A DNA stretch of 64,000 bases from Acutalibacteraceae bacterium (GTDB lineage: Bacteria; Bacillota; Clostridia; Oscillospirales; Acutalibacteraceae): the NCBI GenBank assembly GCA_045660625.1, contig JAZREF010000026.1, positions 49,342 to 113,341 on the forward strand, given 5' to 3'. Positions within the stretch are counted from its first letter, which is position 1. Each line of letters begins with the position of its first letter. Shown one piece after another: positions 53,336 through 61,588 of this stretch. The translations under genes and the position numbers were made by a program. The notes beneath the pieces are model-generated. The model was not told where the DNA came from, searched no databases, and worked only from the letters and a program-made list of their open reading frames with translations.

Positions 53336-54508
53336 TTATCCTTCGTATCGCAACGCTTCTACCGGGCGCATTCCGGCCGCCTGATAGGCCGGATAGGCGC
53401 CAAATACGGTGCCCAACAACAAAGTAAGCAGGAATACACCCACCAGCTTTTGCGCAGAAAAGATGACAGGAACACCCAGTGTCCAGCACCCCACCACCAC
53501 GATGCCGCACCCCAACAGCAATCCTGCCAACGCGCCCAGCGCACTCATCAACAAAGCACCGGCCAAAAACTCCGCCATAATGCGCTGCCGCGTGGCTCCG
53601 ATGGCTTTCTTAACACCGATTTCGCGGGTGCGCTCGTGGACCGATGACAACATCACCGTCAGTATGCCGAATCCCGAAACCAACAAGGAAACGCCTCCGA
53701 TGGCGGCCAAAACCATTGACAAAATATCTGCCAGCGCATTCAATCGAGCACGCTGTGTGGCCAAATCTTCGGTGGTTAATTTGCCGTACTCCTCCCCCGT
53801 CTTCGCCAACACGTCTTCGATGCCTGCCGCCACCGTTTCCGACGCCTCACCAGACCGCAGTCGCACCGCGATTTGATCAAACTCATACTCCCCCGTCGCT
53901 TGCTGCTGTGTTGTATAGGGCAGGTATACCATATACGGAATCAGCGCGGTTACGTTTTGCAATAAACTACTGCCGGTTGCCGTCACCCCCACCACAACGA
54001 CGTCCAGCACTCCGTCTTCGTAAAATAGGGACAGCGTCTGCCCAACGATATTGGAGCGCCCAAATGCTTCGCGTGCCAAAGCTTCGTCTACCACGCACAC
54101 ATTACTTTGCGCCGCAACGTCTTGCGCCACCAGCATCCGCCCGTGAAGCAAGCGCAACGATATCACCTGATCCGCACCGGAATCAATGCCGCATCCTACC
54201 ACAGAATACGACTCTCCGGCCGCAACAGCGGAAGCGAACTGCAAAGACAGCGGCATAGCCTGCCGTACTGACGAAAGATTGCGTATGGTGGTCAACGCCG
54301 AAACAGTCAATCCATCTGTCGCACTAATCGAAAGGCCGTCAATACCCATACTTTCCAGTTCGTTCTGAATGGCGTGACTCCCTACACCGCTAATGCCGAT
54401 CACCAACACCACCATAGCCGTGCCGATAGCAATACTGCTGACCGTAAGCAGCGTGCGCAAACGTCGGCGTCCCAGCGCAACCCACGCGCTACGCCACAAT
54501 CCGCTCAC
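53336..54508 (-). CDS. ABC transporter permease, MacB/FtsX type
   Basis: 390 aa: N-terminal TM segment, periplasmic core domain, and a C-terminal FtsX 3-TM bundle (KKAIGATRQRI...). Confidence 0.8.
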   Translation of the reverse strand: MSGLWRSAWVALGRRRLRTLLTVSSIAIGTAMVVLVIGISGVGSHAIQNELESMGIDGLSISATDGLTVSALTTIRNLSSVRQAMPLSLQFASAVAAGESYSVVGCGIDSGADQVISLRLLHGRMLVAQDVAAQSNVCVVDEALAREAFGRSNIVGQTLSLFYEDGVLDVVVVGVTATGSSLLQNVTALIPYMVYLPYTTQQQATGEYEFDQIAVRLRSGEASETVAAGIEDVLAKTGEEYGKLTTEDLATQRARLNALADILSMVLAAIGGVSLLVSGFGILTVMLSSVHERTREIGVKKAIGATRQRIMAEFLAGALLMSALGALAGLLLGCGIVVVGCWTLGVPVIFSAQKLVGVFLLTLLLGTVFGAYPAYQAAGMRPVEALRYEG

Positions 54509-55413
54509 GAGGTCACCTCCAAAACGACGGCACCGTCAGCCCTCACCTGTTCCGAATCCAAAACGACTCTTTGACCATTCCACTCCTCACCTGTCAGCAG
54601 AAGACCGCTTGGCACCGACACCGCCTGCACGACGTATTGTTTGCGCGCCACGCCGTCTTTCAACAAGTAAACATAAGACCCCTCTTCGTCTGCCAGCACC
54701 GCCTCGTAGGGGATCACATACCCCTCCTCTGTCACCGATGTAATCACCGTCACCTTTGCGGACAAACCCAACCGAAAAGAGGCGTCAACCTGATCCTCAT
54801 CCAAGGTCACAATCCCCGCCACCATTGGAACCGAACCATCCGCAGACGCCGCACAGGAAACCTCCGTTAATTTTCCCATATACGCCGTTTGATTCAAACC
54901 ATCGCCGCTGATGCGGACGGCCATCCCTTCACCAATCGTGCGCAAATCCTTTTCACGGATGGCGACGCGAATCTGCAAATCGCAAGGCCGAACAATCCAA
55001 GCGCAGGGTGTTCCCGCCTTCAGCGTCTTGCCACTCTCGGCAGACACTTGCGCTACGATGCCATCCTCCGGCGCCACCAATTCTGTCTCCAATGCAGCCA
55101 ACGCCACTTGAGTCGGTATATCTGTCGTCGCGGCAGAGGTGGCCTCTTTGTCAATGACCGCCAACACATCCCCCTTCGCTACGCGCTGACCTACCGTCAC
55201 GCGCACATCGGCAATCTGACACGCCACCGGCACAAATACCCCCACGCCATCCGCCGCCTCAATCACACCATTGCACGACACCGTCTGCTCTACTCGCGTG
55301 GGAGTCAGAACCGTCGTGGTTACAGTAGGCGGTTGGTCGGGTATGGCTCTCCACAGAACGATCCCTATTGCCACCATCGCGGCCAAAACGATGCAAAACC
55401 ATCTCTTTTTCAT
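54505..55413 (-). CDS. HlyD/MacA-family periplasmic adaptor (membrane-fusion) protein
   Basis: N-terminal TM anchor and lipoyl/beta-barrel-like segments (V.V.VGQRV.KGDVL). Overlaps the permease start by 4 nt. Confidence 0.75.
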   Translation of the reverse strand: MKKRWFCIVLAAMVAIGIVLWRAIPDQPPTVTTTVLTPTRVEQTVSCNGVIEAADGVGVFVPVACQIADVRVTVGQRVAKGDVLAVIDKEATSAATTDIPTQVALAALETELVAPEDGIVAQVSAESGKTLKAGTPCAWIVRPCDLQIRVAIREKDLRTIGEGMAVRISGDGLNQTAYMGKLTEVSCAASADGSVPMVAGIVTLDEDQVDASFRLGLSAKVTVITSVTEEGYVIPYEAVLADEEGSYVYLLKDGVARKQYVVQAVSVPSGLLLTGEEWNGQRVVLDSEQVRADGAVVLEVTS

Positions 55414-55507
55414 TTGCAGTCACCTCACATAAATTCACCCCTATTGTGCGGCAACGGCCCGCAAATATGTGTCGCCAAACCACGAAATCAATGGTGTGTT
55501 TTGGCAA

Positions 55508-55540
55508 TAGAAAAACCGACCTGTAACCAGGTCGGTTCTC
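55508..55540 (-). terminator. Terminator after the LOG gene
   Basis: AACCGACCTG-taac-CAGGTCGGTT with a T-tract on the minus strand. Confidence 0.75.
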
Positions 55541-55542
55541 TA

Positions 55543-56115
55543 TCAAATATATTTGGTTTCGGTCACGTCCACCGCGTGAGAAGCAGCTTCCAGCTGGGCC
55601 AACACCTCTTCGGGAGTGGTAGCAAAGGTTAACAAAGAGAGGCAGGTGTCGCGCATAAAACCATCCTTGACCAAGCCATCCAAAATATCGTACAGGCGAT
55701 CGAAAAAGCCGTCGATATTAAAGAGGATGATCGGCTTTTGATGTCTGCCCAACTGCTTGAGGGTGTAGATCTCGAAAAACTCCTCGTAGGTGCCGATACC
55801 ACCGGGGGTGACGATAAAGGCGTCCGAGCGTTCCTCCATAATTTGCTTGCGCTGGCGCATCGTCTCGGTGTACACCATCTCGTCGCATTTATCGTAGAGA
55901 ATGCCGTCCACATTGAGGAACTCCGGCACCACACCTACGATATGACCGCCACAGCGGGTCATACCACGAGCGGCGGCGCCCATTAAGCCGCAACCGCCGG
56001 CGCCGTAAACCAAGCCGTGGCCGGCCTTTGCCAACTCCTCGCCCAGAACCTCGGTAGCGGCTATATATTTTTGATCGATTTGATTGCTGGATGCTCCGTA
56101 TAAACACACGTTCAT
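55543..56115 (-). CDS. LOG-family (TIGR00730-like) nucleotide phosphoribohydrolase
   Basis: GAGGCGLMG and PGGIGTYEE motifs. Confidence 0.8.
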   Translation of the reverse strand: MNVCLYGASSNQIDQKYIAATEVLGEELAKAGHGLVYGAGGCGLMGAAARGMTRCGGHIVGVVPEFLNVDGILYDKCDEMVYTETMRQRKQIMEERSDAFIVTPGGIGTYEEFFEIYTLKQLGRHQKPIILFNIDGFFDRLYDILDGLVKDGFMRDTCLSLLTFATTPEEVLAQLEAASHAVDVTETKYI

Positions 56116-57839
56116 CGTTCCATCGCTCCTTTTATCTCATCAGCCAAGGCGCGCATACGCACCTCATCCACTTTACATACTCTACGGTCGTAACTATACA
56201 GACCGTTGGTTTCATCCTCCACGTCGGACAACTGGGTATACACCGCACCGCACAGGCCACGAGAAACGACAGGGATAATCTCCTTGCGATACAGTTCCTC
56301 CACCGCATCCATATAGGCGCTCTGCTCGCTGAACAGGCGATAGCCATAGGTCTTCTCAACATTGAACACGTGACCCTCCGGCTTGTAGGAATAGCCGCCA
56401 AACTCGGACAAAAACACCGGCTTGTCCCCCGCCTTAAAACGATAGGGTTTGAAGTACACGTGCTCGCTGACAACGTCGCTGTCCGCGCCCTTAAACCAAC
56501 CGGAGGCAGTGTCAATGAAACGGGTGCTATCCTGCTCTTTCAGCAGTTCGTACATCCGCTGGCTGTCAAACTGACCCCAACCCTCGTTAAAGATGGTCCA
56601 GCCAACGATGCAAGGGTGCTTTTTCAGTTGCTTCACCGTCTGTGTCATCGCCATTTTGAAAGCTGCACGAGTCGCTTTATCCCGATGCAGGTGCTTATCG
56701 CACAGTTTCTTCATACCGATGGTGGGCAACGCGGTGTCGCGCAAGAAAGAATAACGGCCGTTATTCACCATATCCTGCCACACTAACATACCGAGGCGGT
56801 CACAGTCGTAGTAGAATTGTTCCGCCTCAATTTTGATATGCTTACGCAGAGTATTGAATCCCAAGGCCTGCATTTTCTCGGCGTCCCACGCATAGCAGGT
56901 AGGCAACGGCGGAGTAAACAAACCATCACTCCAATACCCCTGATCCAACACGGCATGGAAAAAGATCGGCTTACCGTTAAGACACATACGAGGAATACCG
57001 TTGATAATACGAGTGTCCAAGGTGCGAATGGCGAAATAGGACTTCACCTCGTCCTCAGCCGTTTTTACAATATACTCATACAAATACGGATCTTCGGGAC
57101 ACCACAGACGCGGATTGCTCAAATCCACCCGTGCTACTCCATTGCGCAAAGCGCACTCCAACACACCGTCGGGTGTCGTGACGGAGACAGTGCCGTCGGT
57201 GACACCATCTACATCAATGGTGACGCCCTTCTCATCGGCAGTGACGTTCAGGGCACACACGTACTCAGCGGGCACACTCTCCAGCCACACCGTCTGCCAG
57301 ATGCCGCTGACCGGCGTGTACCACATGCCACCACGCTTATACTTTTGCTTACCATAGGGCAGTTGCGCCATGTCCAAGTAGTCCTCAACACGAACCACCA
57401 GTTCATTTTCTTCCTGTAGATAATCGGTGATATCTAGCCAAACGGGCAAATAACCCCCTACATGACTGCCCACATCCACACCGTTGACCCATACGGTAGT
57501 CACTTGATCCACCGCACCAATATGCAGTATGACGCGGTCCTTTTGAAATCCTTCAGGCAAGGAAAAGGTGCGGTGATAGAAGAGATAACTGCCCTTTGGC
57601 GGTACCTCATGCACACCCGACAATAGGCTTTCAGGGCAATAAGGTACACGGATGGATTTGTCGTAGGTCACGGGGGCGGTATGCTCCTTGCTCACCGCAA
57701 AATCCCACCAGCCGTTGAGGCACAGGTAGGAATCACGGCGCATAGTCGGACGGGGATATACTTCCCATGGGATGCGGTCGTGATCAGCGGCCAGGCGCTC
57801 ACCGGACGGTGTATAGAGGTCAATGGTTTGATTTTTCAT
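56112..57839 (-). CDS. Glycoside hydrolase family 2 enzyme
   Basis: GGGAGAGGAAACGGG precedes ATG 57839 (MKNQTIDLY). GH2 sugar-binding, Ig-like and TIM-barrel regions, with acid/base NEGWG and nucleophile SEFGG. Confidence 0.8.
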   Translation of the reverse strand: MKNQTIDLYTPSGERLAADHDRIPWEVYPRPTMRRDSYLCLNGWWDFAVSKEHTAPVTYDKSIRVPYCPESLLSGVHEVPPKGSYLFYHRTFSLPEGFQKDRVILHIGAVDQVTTVWVNGVDVGSHVGGYLPVWLDITDYLQEENELVVRVEDYLDMAQLPYGKQKYKRGGMWYTPVSGIWQTVWLESVPAEYVCALNVTADEKGVTIDVDGVTDGTVSVTTPDGVLECALRNGVARVDLSNPRLWCPEDPYLYEYIVKTAEDEVKSYFAIRTLDTRIINGIPRMCLNGKPIFFHAVLDQGYWSDGLFTPPLPTCYAWDAEKMQALGFNTLRKHIKIEAEQFYYDCDRLGMLVWQDMVNNGRYSFLRDTALPTIGMKKLCDKHLHRDKATRAAFKMAMTQTVKQLKKHPCIVGWTIFNEGWGQFDSQRMYELLKEQDSTRFIDTASGWFKGADSDVVSEHVYFKPYRFKAGDKPVFLSEFGGYSYKPEGHVFNVEKTYGYRLFSEQSAYMDAVEELYRKEIIPVVSRGLCGAVYTQLSDVEDETNGLYSYDRRVCKVDEVRMRALADEIKGAMER

Positions 57840-57996
57840 CCCGTTTCCTCTCCCTTTCAATCTTCTTGCTAAAATTATAACACAAGATTCGTCCGGATGC
57901 AAGAAAAACGGGCGGTTTAGCGCCTAAACCCTCCGACAAGCATATAAACTTTACACCTGACAACCCTTGTAATATCAATGGTTTTCCCTATGTGCA

Positions 57997-58027
57997 AGAA
58001 AAAGCACCCACTCAACGAGTGGGTGCT
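57997..58027 (-). terminator. Terminator after ppa
   Basis: AGCACCCACTC-aac-GAGTGGGTGCT with a T-tract on the minus strand. Confidence 0.75.
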
Positions 58028-58040
58028 TAGATGACAGTTA

Positions 58041-58586
58041 TTATGCCTTGTGAGCCTTGCAGAACACCTCGACATAACGATCGATGGCCTCGTCAATGAC
58101 CTTCAGAGCGTCGGTACGAGCGGCAATCTCGTTAACCGCAGTGGTCTTATGCTCCAGATTCTTATACACGGTAAAGAAGTGGCGCATCTCGTCAAAAACG
58201 TGGGTGGGCAGATCGTCCATATCCTTGTACATATTGTAGTTGGGATCCTTGAAGGGAATCGCCACAATCTTCTCGTCGTTGCGGTCACCGTCGATCATAT
58301 TGATCACGCCAACGGGATAGGCGCGCACCAGCGTCATAGGCTCGATGGGCTCGGAGCACAGCAGCACCACGTCCAGCGGGTCGCCGTCGTCACCGTAGGT
58401 GCGAGGAATGAAGCCGTAGTTCGCAGGATAGTGAGTGGAGGTGTAGAGAACGCGATCCAGTTTCAGCATACCGGTCTCTTTGTCCAGCTCGTACTTCGTC
58501 TTGCTGCCCTTAGAAATCTCGATAACGCAGACAAAATCCTCCGCATGGATACGGGCAGGGTCAATATTATGCCAAATGTTTGCCAT
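58041..58586 (-). CDS. ppa: Inorganic pyrophosphatase (family I)
   Basis: EISKGSKTKYE, YPANYGFIP and DGDPLDVVLL motifs. Confidence 0.9.
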   Translation of the reverse strand: MANIWHNIDPARIHAEDFVCVIEISKGSKTKYELDKETGMLKLDRVLYTSTHYPANYGFIPRTYGDDGDPLDVVLLCSEPIEPMTLVRAYPVGVINMIDGDRNDEKIVAIPFKDPNYNMYKDMDDLPTHVFDEMRHFFTVYKNLEHKTTAVNEIAARTDALKVIDEAIDRYVEVFCKAHKA

Positions 58587-58647
58587 TGTACATAGCTCCT
58601 TCCGCCGTTTTTACCATTTTATCACACTAAAATCCAAATGTAAAGGC

Positions 58648-59058
58648 TTATTTTTCAATATATTCCGTGCCAAAAGCATAGGGCAGCAACTCGCCCAGCG
58701 TGCACTCGGTGTAACTGCTCTCCCCCGACACCATCAGGACAGGCATATCCTTGCCGCAGAACTCCGCCATCACCTGACGGCACACACCGCAAGGCGGGAA
58801 CGCACCGGTAATCGCCCCGTCCTTGCCGCCACAGATGGCGATCATCGCGAAATCGCGGTCACCCTCGCTGACCGCCTTAAAGATGGCGGTGCGCTCGGCG
58901 CACACAGTGGGGGTGTAGGAGGCGTTCTCAATGTTACAGCCGGTGTACACCTTGCCGTCCGCTGTCAGCAGGGCGGCGCCCACCTTGTAACCGGAATAAG
59001 GGGCATATGCTTTGCCCATCGCCTGGATGGCGGCGGCGCACAACGCTTCTCTCGTCAT
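58648..59058 (-). CDS. cdd: Cytidine deaminase
   Basis: CAERTAI and PCGVCRQ zinc motifs. GGAGGG lies 6 nt before ATG 59058, which overlaps the deoB stop. Confidence 0.85.
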   Translation of the reverse strand: MTREALCAAAIQAMGKAYAPYSGYKVGAALLTADGKVYTGCNIENASYTPTVCAERTAIFKAVSEGDRDFAMIAICGGKDGAITGAFPPCGVCRQVMAEFCGKDMPVLMVSGESSYTECTLGELLPYAFGTEYIEK

Positions 59059-60230
59059 CACACGCCCTCCTTCTTCACCAGCGGCCACAGACTCTCGCCG
59101 GCGCCACCATAGGGAACACCCAGATACTCCGCCACGGTGGCGGCGATATCGGAATAGGTAGAGCGAGTGCCCAGATTCACGGGGTTAACAGGAGCACCGT
59201 ACATCACCAGCGGTACATACTCGCGGGTGTGGTCGGTATGGGAGTCGCCGGGGTCACAGCCGTGGTCGGCGGTGATCATAAGAATATCCTCCTCCCCCAT
59301 CTTCTCCATAAAAGCAGGGAGCCAGCTATCAAAGGCGGTCAGGGCGGCGGCATAGCCGTCCACATCCTGACGATGGCCGTACAGCATATCGAAATCCACC
59401 AGATTCACAAAGCACAGGCCCTCAAAATCGGTCTGCACCGCCTTCAACGCCATCTCCATACCCTCACCATTACCGTGGGTCAGGTCGCAACGGGTGATAC
59501 CCTGAGCGGCGAAAATGTCGGAAATCTTACCCACGCCCCACACCGTCTGACCGGTGGCAGCAATGGCATCCAGCAAGGTGGCTGCGGGAGGCTCGAGGGA
59601 GAAATCACGGCGATTAGCGGTACGCTTAAAATCGGGATCGCTACCCGTAAAGGGGCGGGCAATCACGCGACCCACACCGTGCTCGCCACGGAGAATCTCA
59701 CGAGCGATGCGGCAGTACTCATACAACTGCTCCAGCGGCACCACGTCCTCGTGGGCGGCAATCTGGAATACGCTATCGGCGGAGGTGTAGACGATTAAAT
59801 CGCCGGTCTTTACGTGCTCGGCACCATAATCGGCGATGACCTCGGTACCGGAATAGGGCTTGTTACACAACACGCCACGACCGGTGGCGGTGGAAAAAGC
59901 CTCCAACACCTCGGCGGGGAAACCATTAGGATAAGTGGGCAGCGGCTTGGGAGAAATCACGCCTGCGATCTCCCAGTGGCCGATGGTGGTGTCCTTACCC
60001 ATAGACTGCTCCGCCAAGCGAGCCACAGCGGCGGTGGGAGCAGCCGTATAGGGCAGGTAATCCTGGCCGTCGATATTGCCCAGACCCATCTTCAGCAGGT
60101 TCTCGGCACAATATTTAGGCGACGCAGAGATGCGCTTCATAGTATGGCAATCGTGGTCGCCAAAGTTGGCGGCGTCGGGCAACTGACCGATACCGCAGGA
60201 GTCCAACACAATGAGAAATACCCGTTTCAC
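59058..60230 (-). CDS. deoB: Phosphopentomutase
   Basis: (M)KRVFLIVLDSCGIG from GTG 60230, 6 nt after GAGGAGGG. Metal-site motifs DHG. and GHR.D. Confidence 0.85.
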   Translation of the reverse strand: MKRVFLIVLDSCGIGQLPDAANFGDHDCHTMKRISASPKYCAENLLKMGLGNIDGQDYLPYTAAPTAAVARLAEQSMGKDTTIGHWEIAGVISPKPLPTYPNGFPAEVLEAFSTATGRGVLCNKPYSGTEVIADYGAEHVKTGDLIVYTSADSVFQIAAHEDVVPLEQLYEYCRIAREILRGEHGVGRVIARPFTGSDPDFKRTANRRDFSLEPPAATLLDAIAATGQTVWGVGKISDIFAAQGITRCDLTHGNGEGMEMALKAVQTDFEGLCFVNLVDFDMLYGHRQDVDGYAAALTAFDSWLPAFMEKMGEEDILMITADHGCDPGDSHTDHTREYVPLVMYGAPVNPVNLGTRSTYSDIAATVAEYLGVPYGGAGESLWPLVKKEGV

Positions 60231-60244
60231 GGTCTTCCCTCCTC

Positions 60245-60970
60245 TCAAGCCAAAGCCTTAGCAGTCTTGAGGGCCAACTCCATCATCTGGGTGAAGGAGT
60301 TCTGACGCTCCTCGGCGGTGGTGGCCTCACCGGTCACGATGTGATCGGAGATGGTGCACATAGCCAGCGCCTGCTTGCCGCAACGAGCGGCGTTCATATA
60401 CAGGGCGGCGGCCTCCATCTCGATGGCCATCACGCCCATCTTGGTCCAGGCGGCGTTGGCCTCAGCGCCGTTGTCGGCGTAGAAGGTGTCGGAGGACAGC
60501 ATATTGCCCACGTGGAAGGGCACACCCATCTCGGTGGCGATGTCGGCGCAGGTGCGCAGCACATTGTAGGAAGCGATGGGAGCATAAGTGCCGGGCAGGC
60601 CGTACTGAGAAGCATAGGCAGAGTTGGTGCAAGCGCCCTGACCCAGCACGATGTCGCGCACCTTGATGTCGGGATTCAGCGCACCGGCAGAGCCAACACG
60701 GATGATGGTCTTAACATCAAAGAAATTGAACAACTCGTAGGAATAAATGCCGATGGAGGGCATACCCATACCGCTGGCCATCACAGACACGGGAACACCC
60801 TCGTAGGTGCCGGTGTAGCCATGGATGCCGCGAACGTTGTTCACCAGCTTAGCGTCGGTGAGGAAATTCTCTGCGATGAACTTGGCACGCAGAGGGTCAC
60901 CGGGCATCAGCACGGTGGGAGCAAAATCAGCGGGAGTCGCGTTGATGTGAGGAGTGGGATAGTTAACCAT
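60245..60970 (-). CDS. deoD: Purine nucleoside phosphorylase, DeoD type
   Basis: PTPHI...LMPGDPLRAKFIAE...SGMGMPS...EMEAAAL motifs. Confidence 0.9.
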   Translation of the reverse strand: MVNYPTPHINATPADFAPTVLMPGDPLRAKFIAENFLTDAKLVNNVRGIHGYTGTYEGVPVSVMASGMGMPSIGIYSYELFNFFDVKTIIRVGSAGALNPDIKVRDIVLGQGACTNSAYASQYGLPGTYAPIASYNVLRTCADIATEMGVPFHVGNMLSSDTFYADNGAEANAAWTKMGVMAIEMEAAALYMNAARCGKQALAMCTISDHIVTGEATTAEERQNSFTQMMELALKTAKALA

Positions 60971-61012
60971 AATAGTACGTCCTTTCTTATGTGAATAATT
61001 TTACAAACTCAG

Positions 61013-61495
61013 TTAGTGTCCACGCAGATCGGTATCTAACCAATCCTGCGCCCAATCCGGCGCATCGCCCCAGGTGTAGACGATGTAATAACCGACGCCG
61101 TACTCGTCGTGACGAAACGCCAAGTCGCCGTGCTCAATAGCCAGAATCCGATTATCCAGTTGACCCGCAATCACACAATCGTACGATGCGTTGCGATAGG
61201 TTTGGTAATAAGCATCCAGGTCTTCCGGAGACAAATCGCTCTTGATGAGAATGGCGCCGAAATACTGTACACCATTACCGTTGCCCACCAGTTTGCCGGA
61301 CTTGGAGATAGATTCCACCAACTCGGTGCTTGCGGGAAGAGGAATGCGCTTAAGCTCCTTTTCCACGCCCAAGGCAATGGCATTATTGGCGACGGGAATA
61401 CCCACGGCAAACAGCAGCAGCACCACCGCCACAAACACCATAGCGACACGAATCCACAGGCGAAGCCGATTTTTATGCCTTTCTTGCAATGCCAT
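61013..61495 (-). CDS. Membrane-anchored hypothetical protein
   Basis: GGAGGTGGAAGG RBS, one N-terminal TM segment, extracytoplasmic domain of about 115 aa. No motif recognised. Confidence 0.55.
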   Translation of the reverse strand: MALQERHKNRLRLWIRVAMVFVAVVLLLFAVGIPVANNAIALGVEKELKRIPLPASTELVESISKSGKLVGNGNGVQYFGAILIKSDLSPEDLDAYYQTYRNASYDCVIAGQLDNRILAIEHGDLAFRHDEYGVGYYIVYTWGDAPDWAQDWLDTDLRGH

Positions 61496-61551
61496 CCTTC
61501 CACCTCCAGTATGGTTGATAGTCTATTATAACACATACGCGCACGAGATGC

Positions 61552-61584
61552 AACAAAAATCCCCCGACTGAGTCGGGGGATTTT
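61552..61584 (-). terminator. Terminator after copA
   Basis: TCCCCCGAC-tga-GTCGGGGGA with a T-tract on the minus strand. Confidence 0.8.
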
Positions 61585-61588
61585 AATT

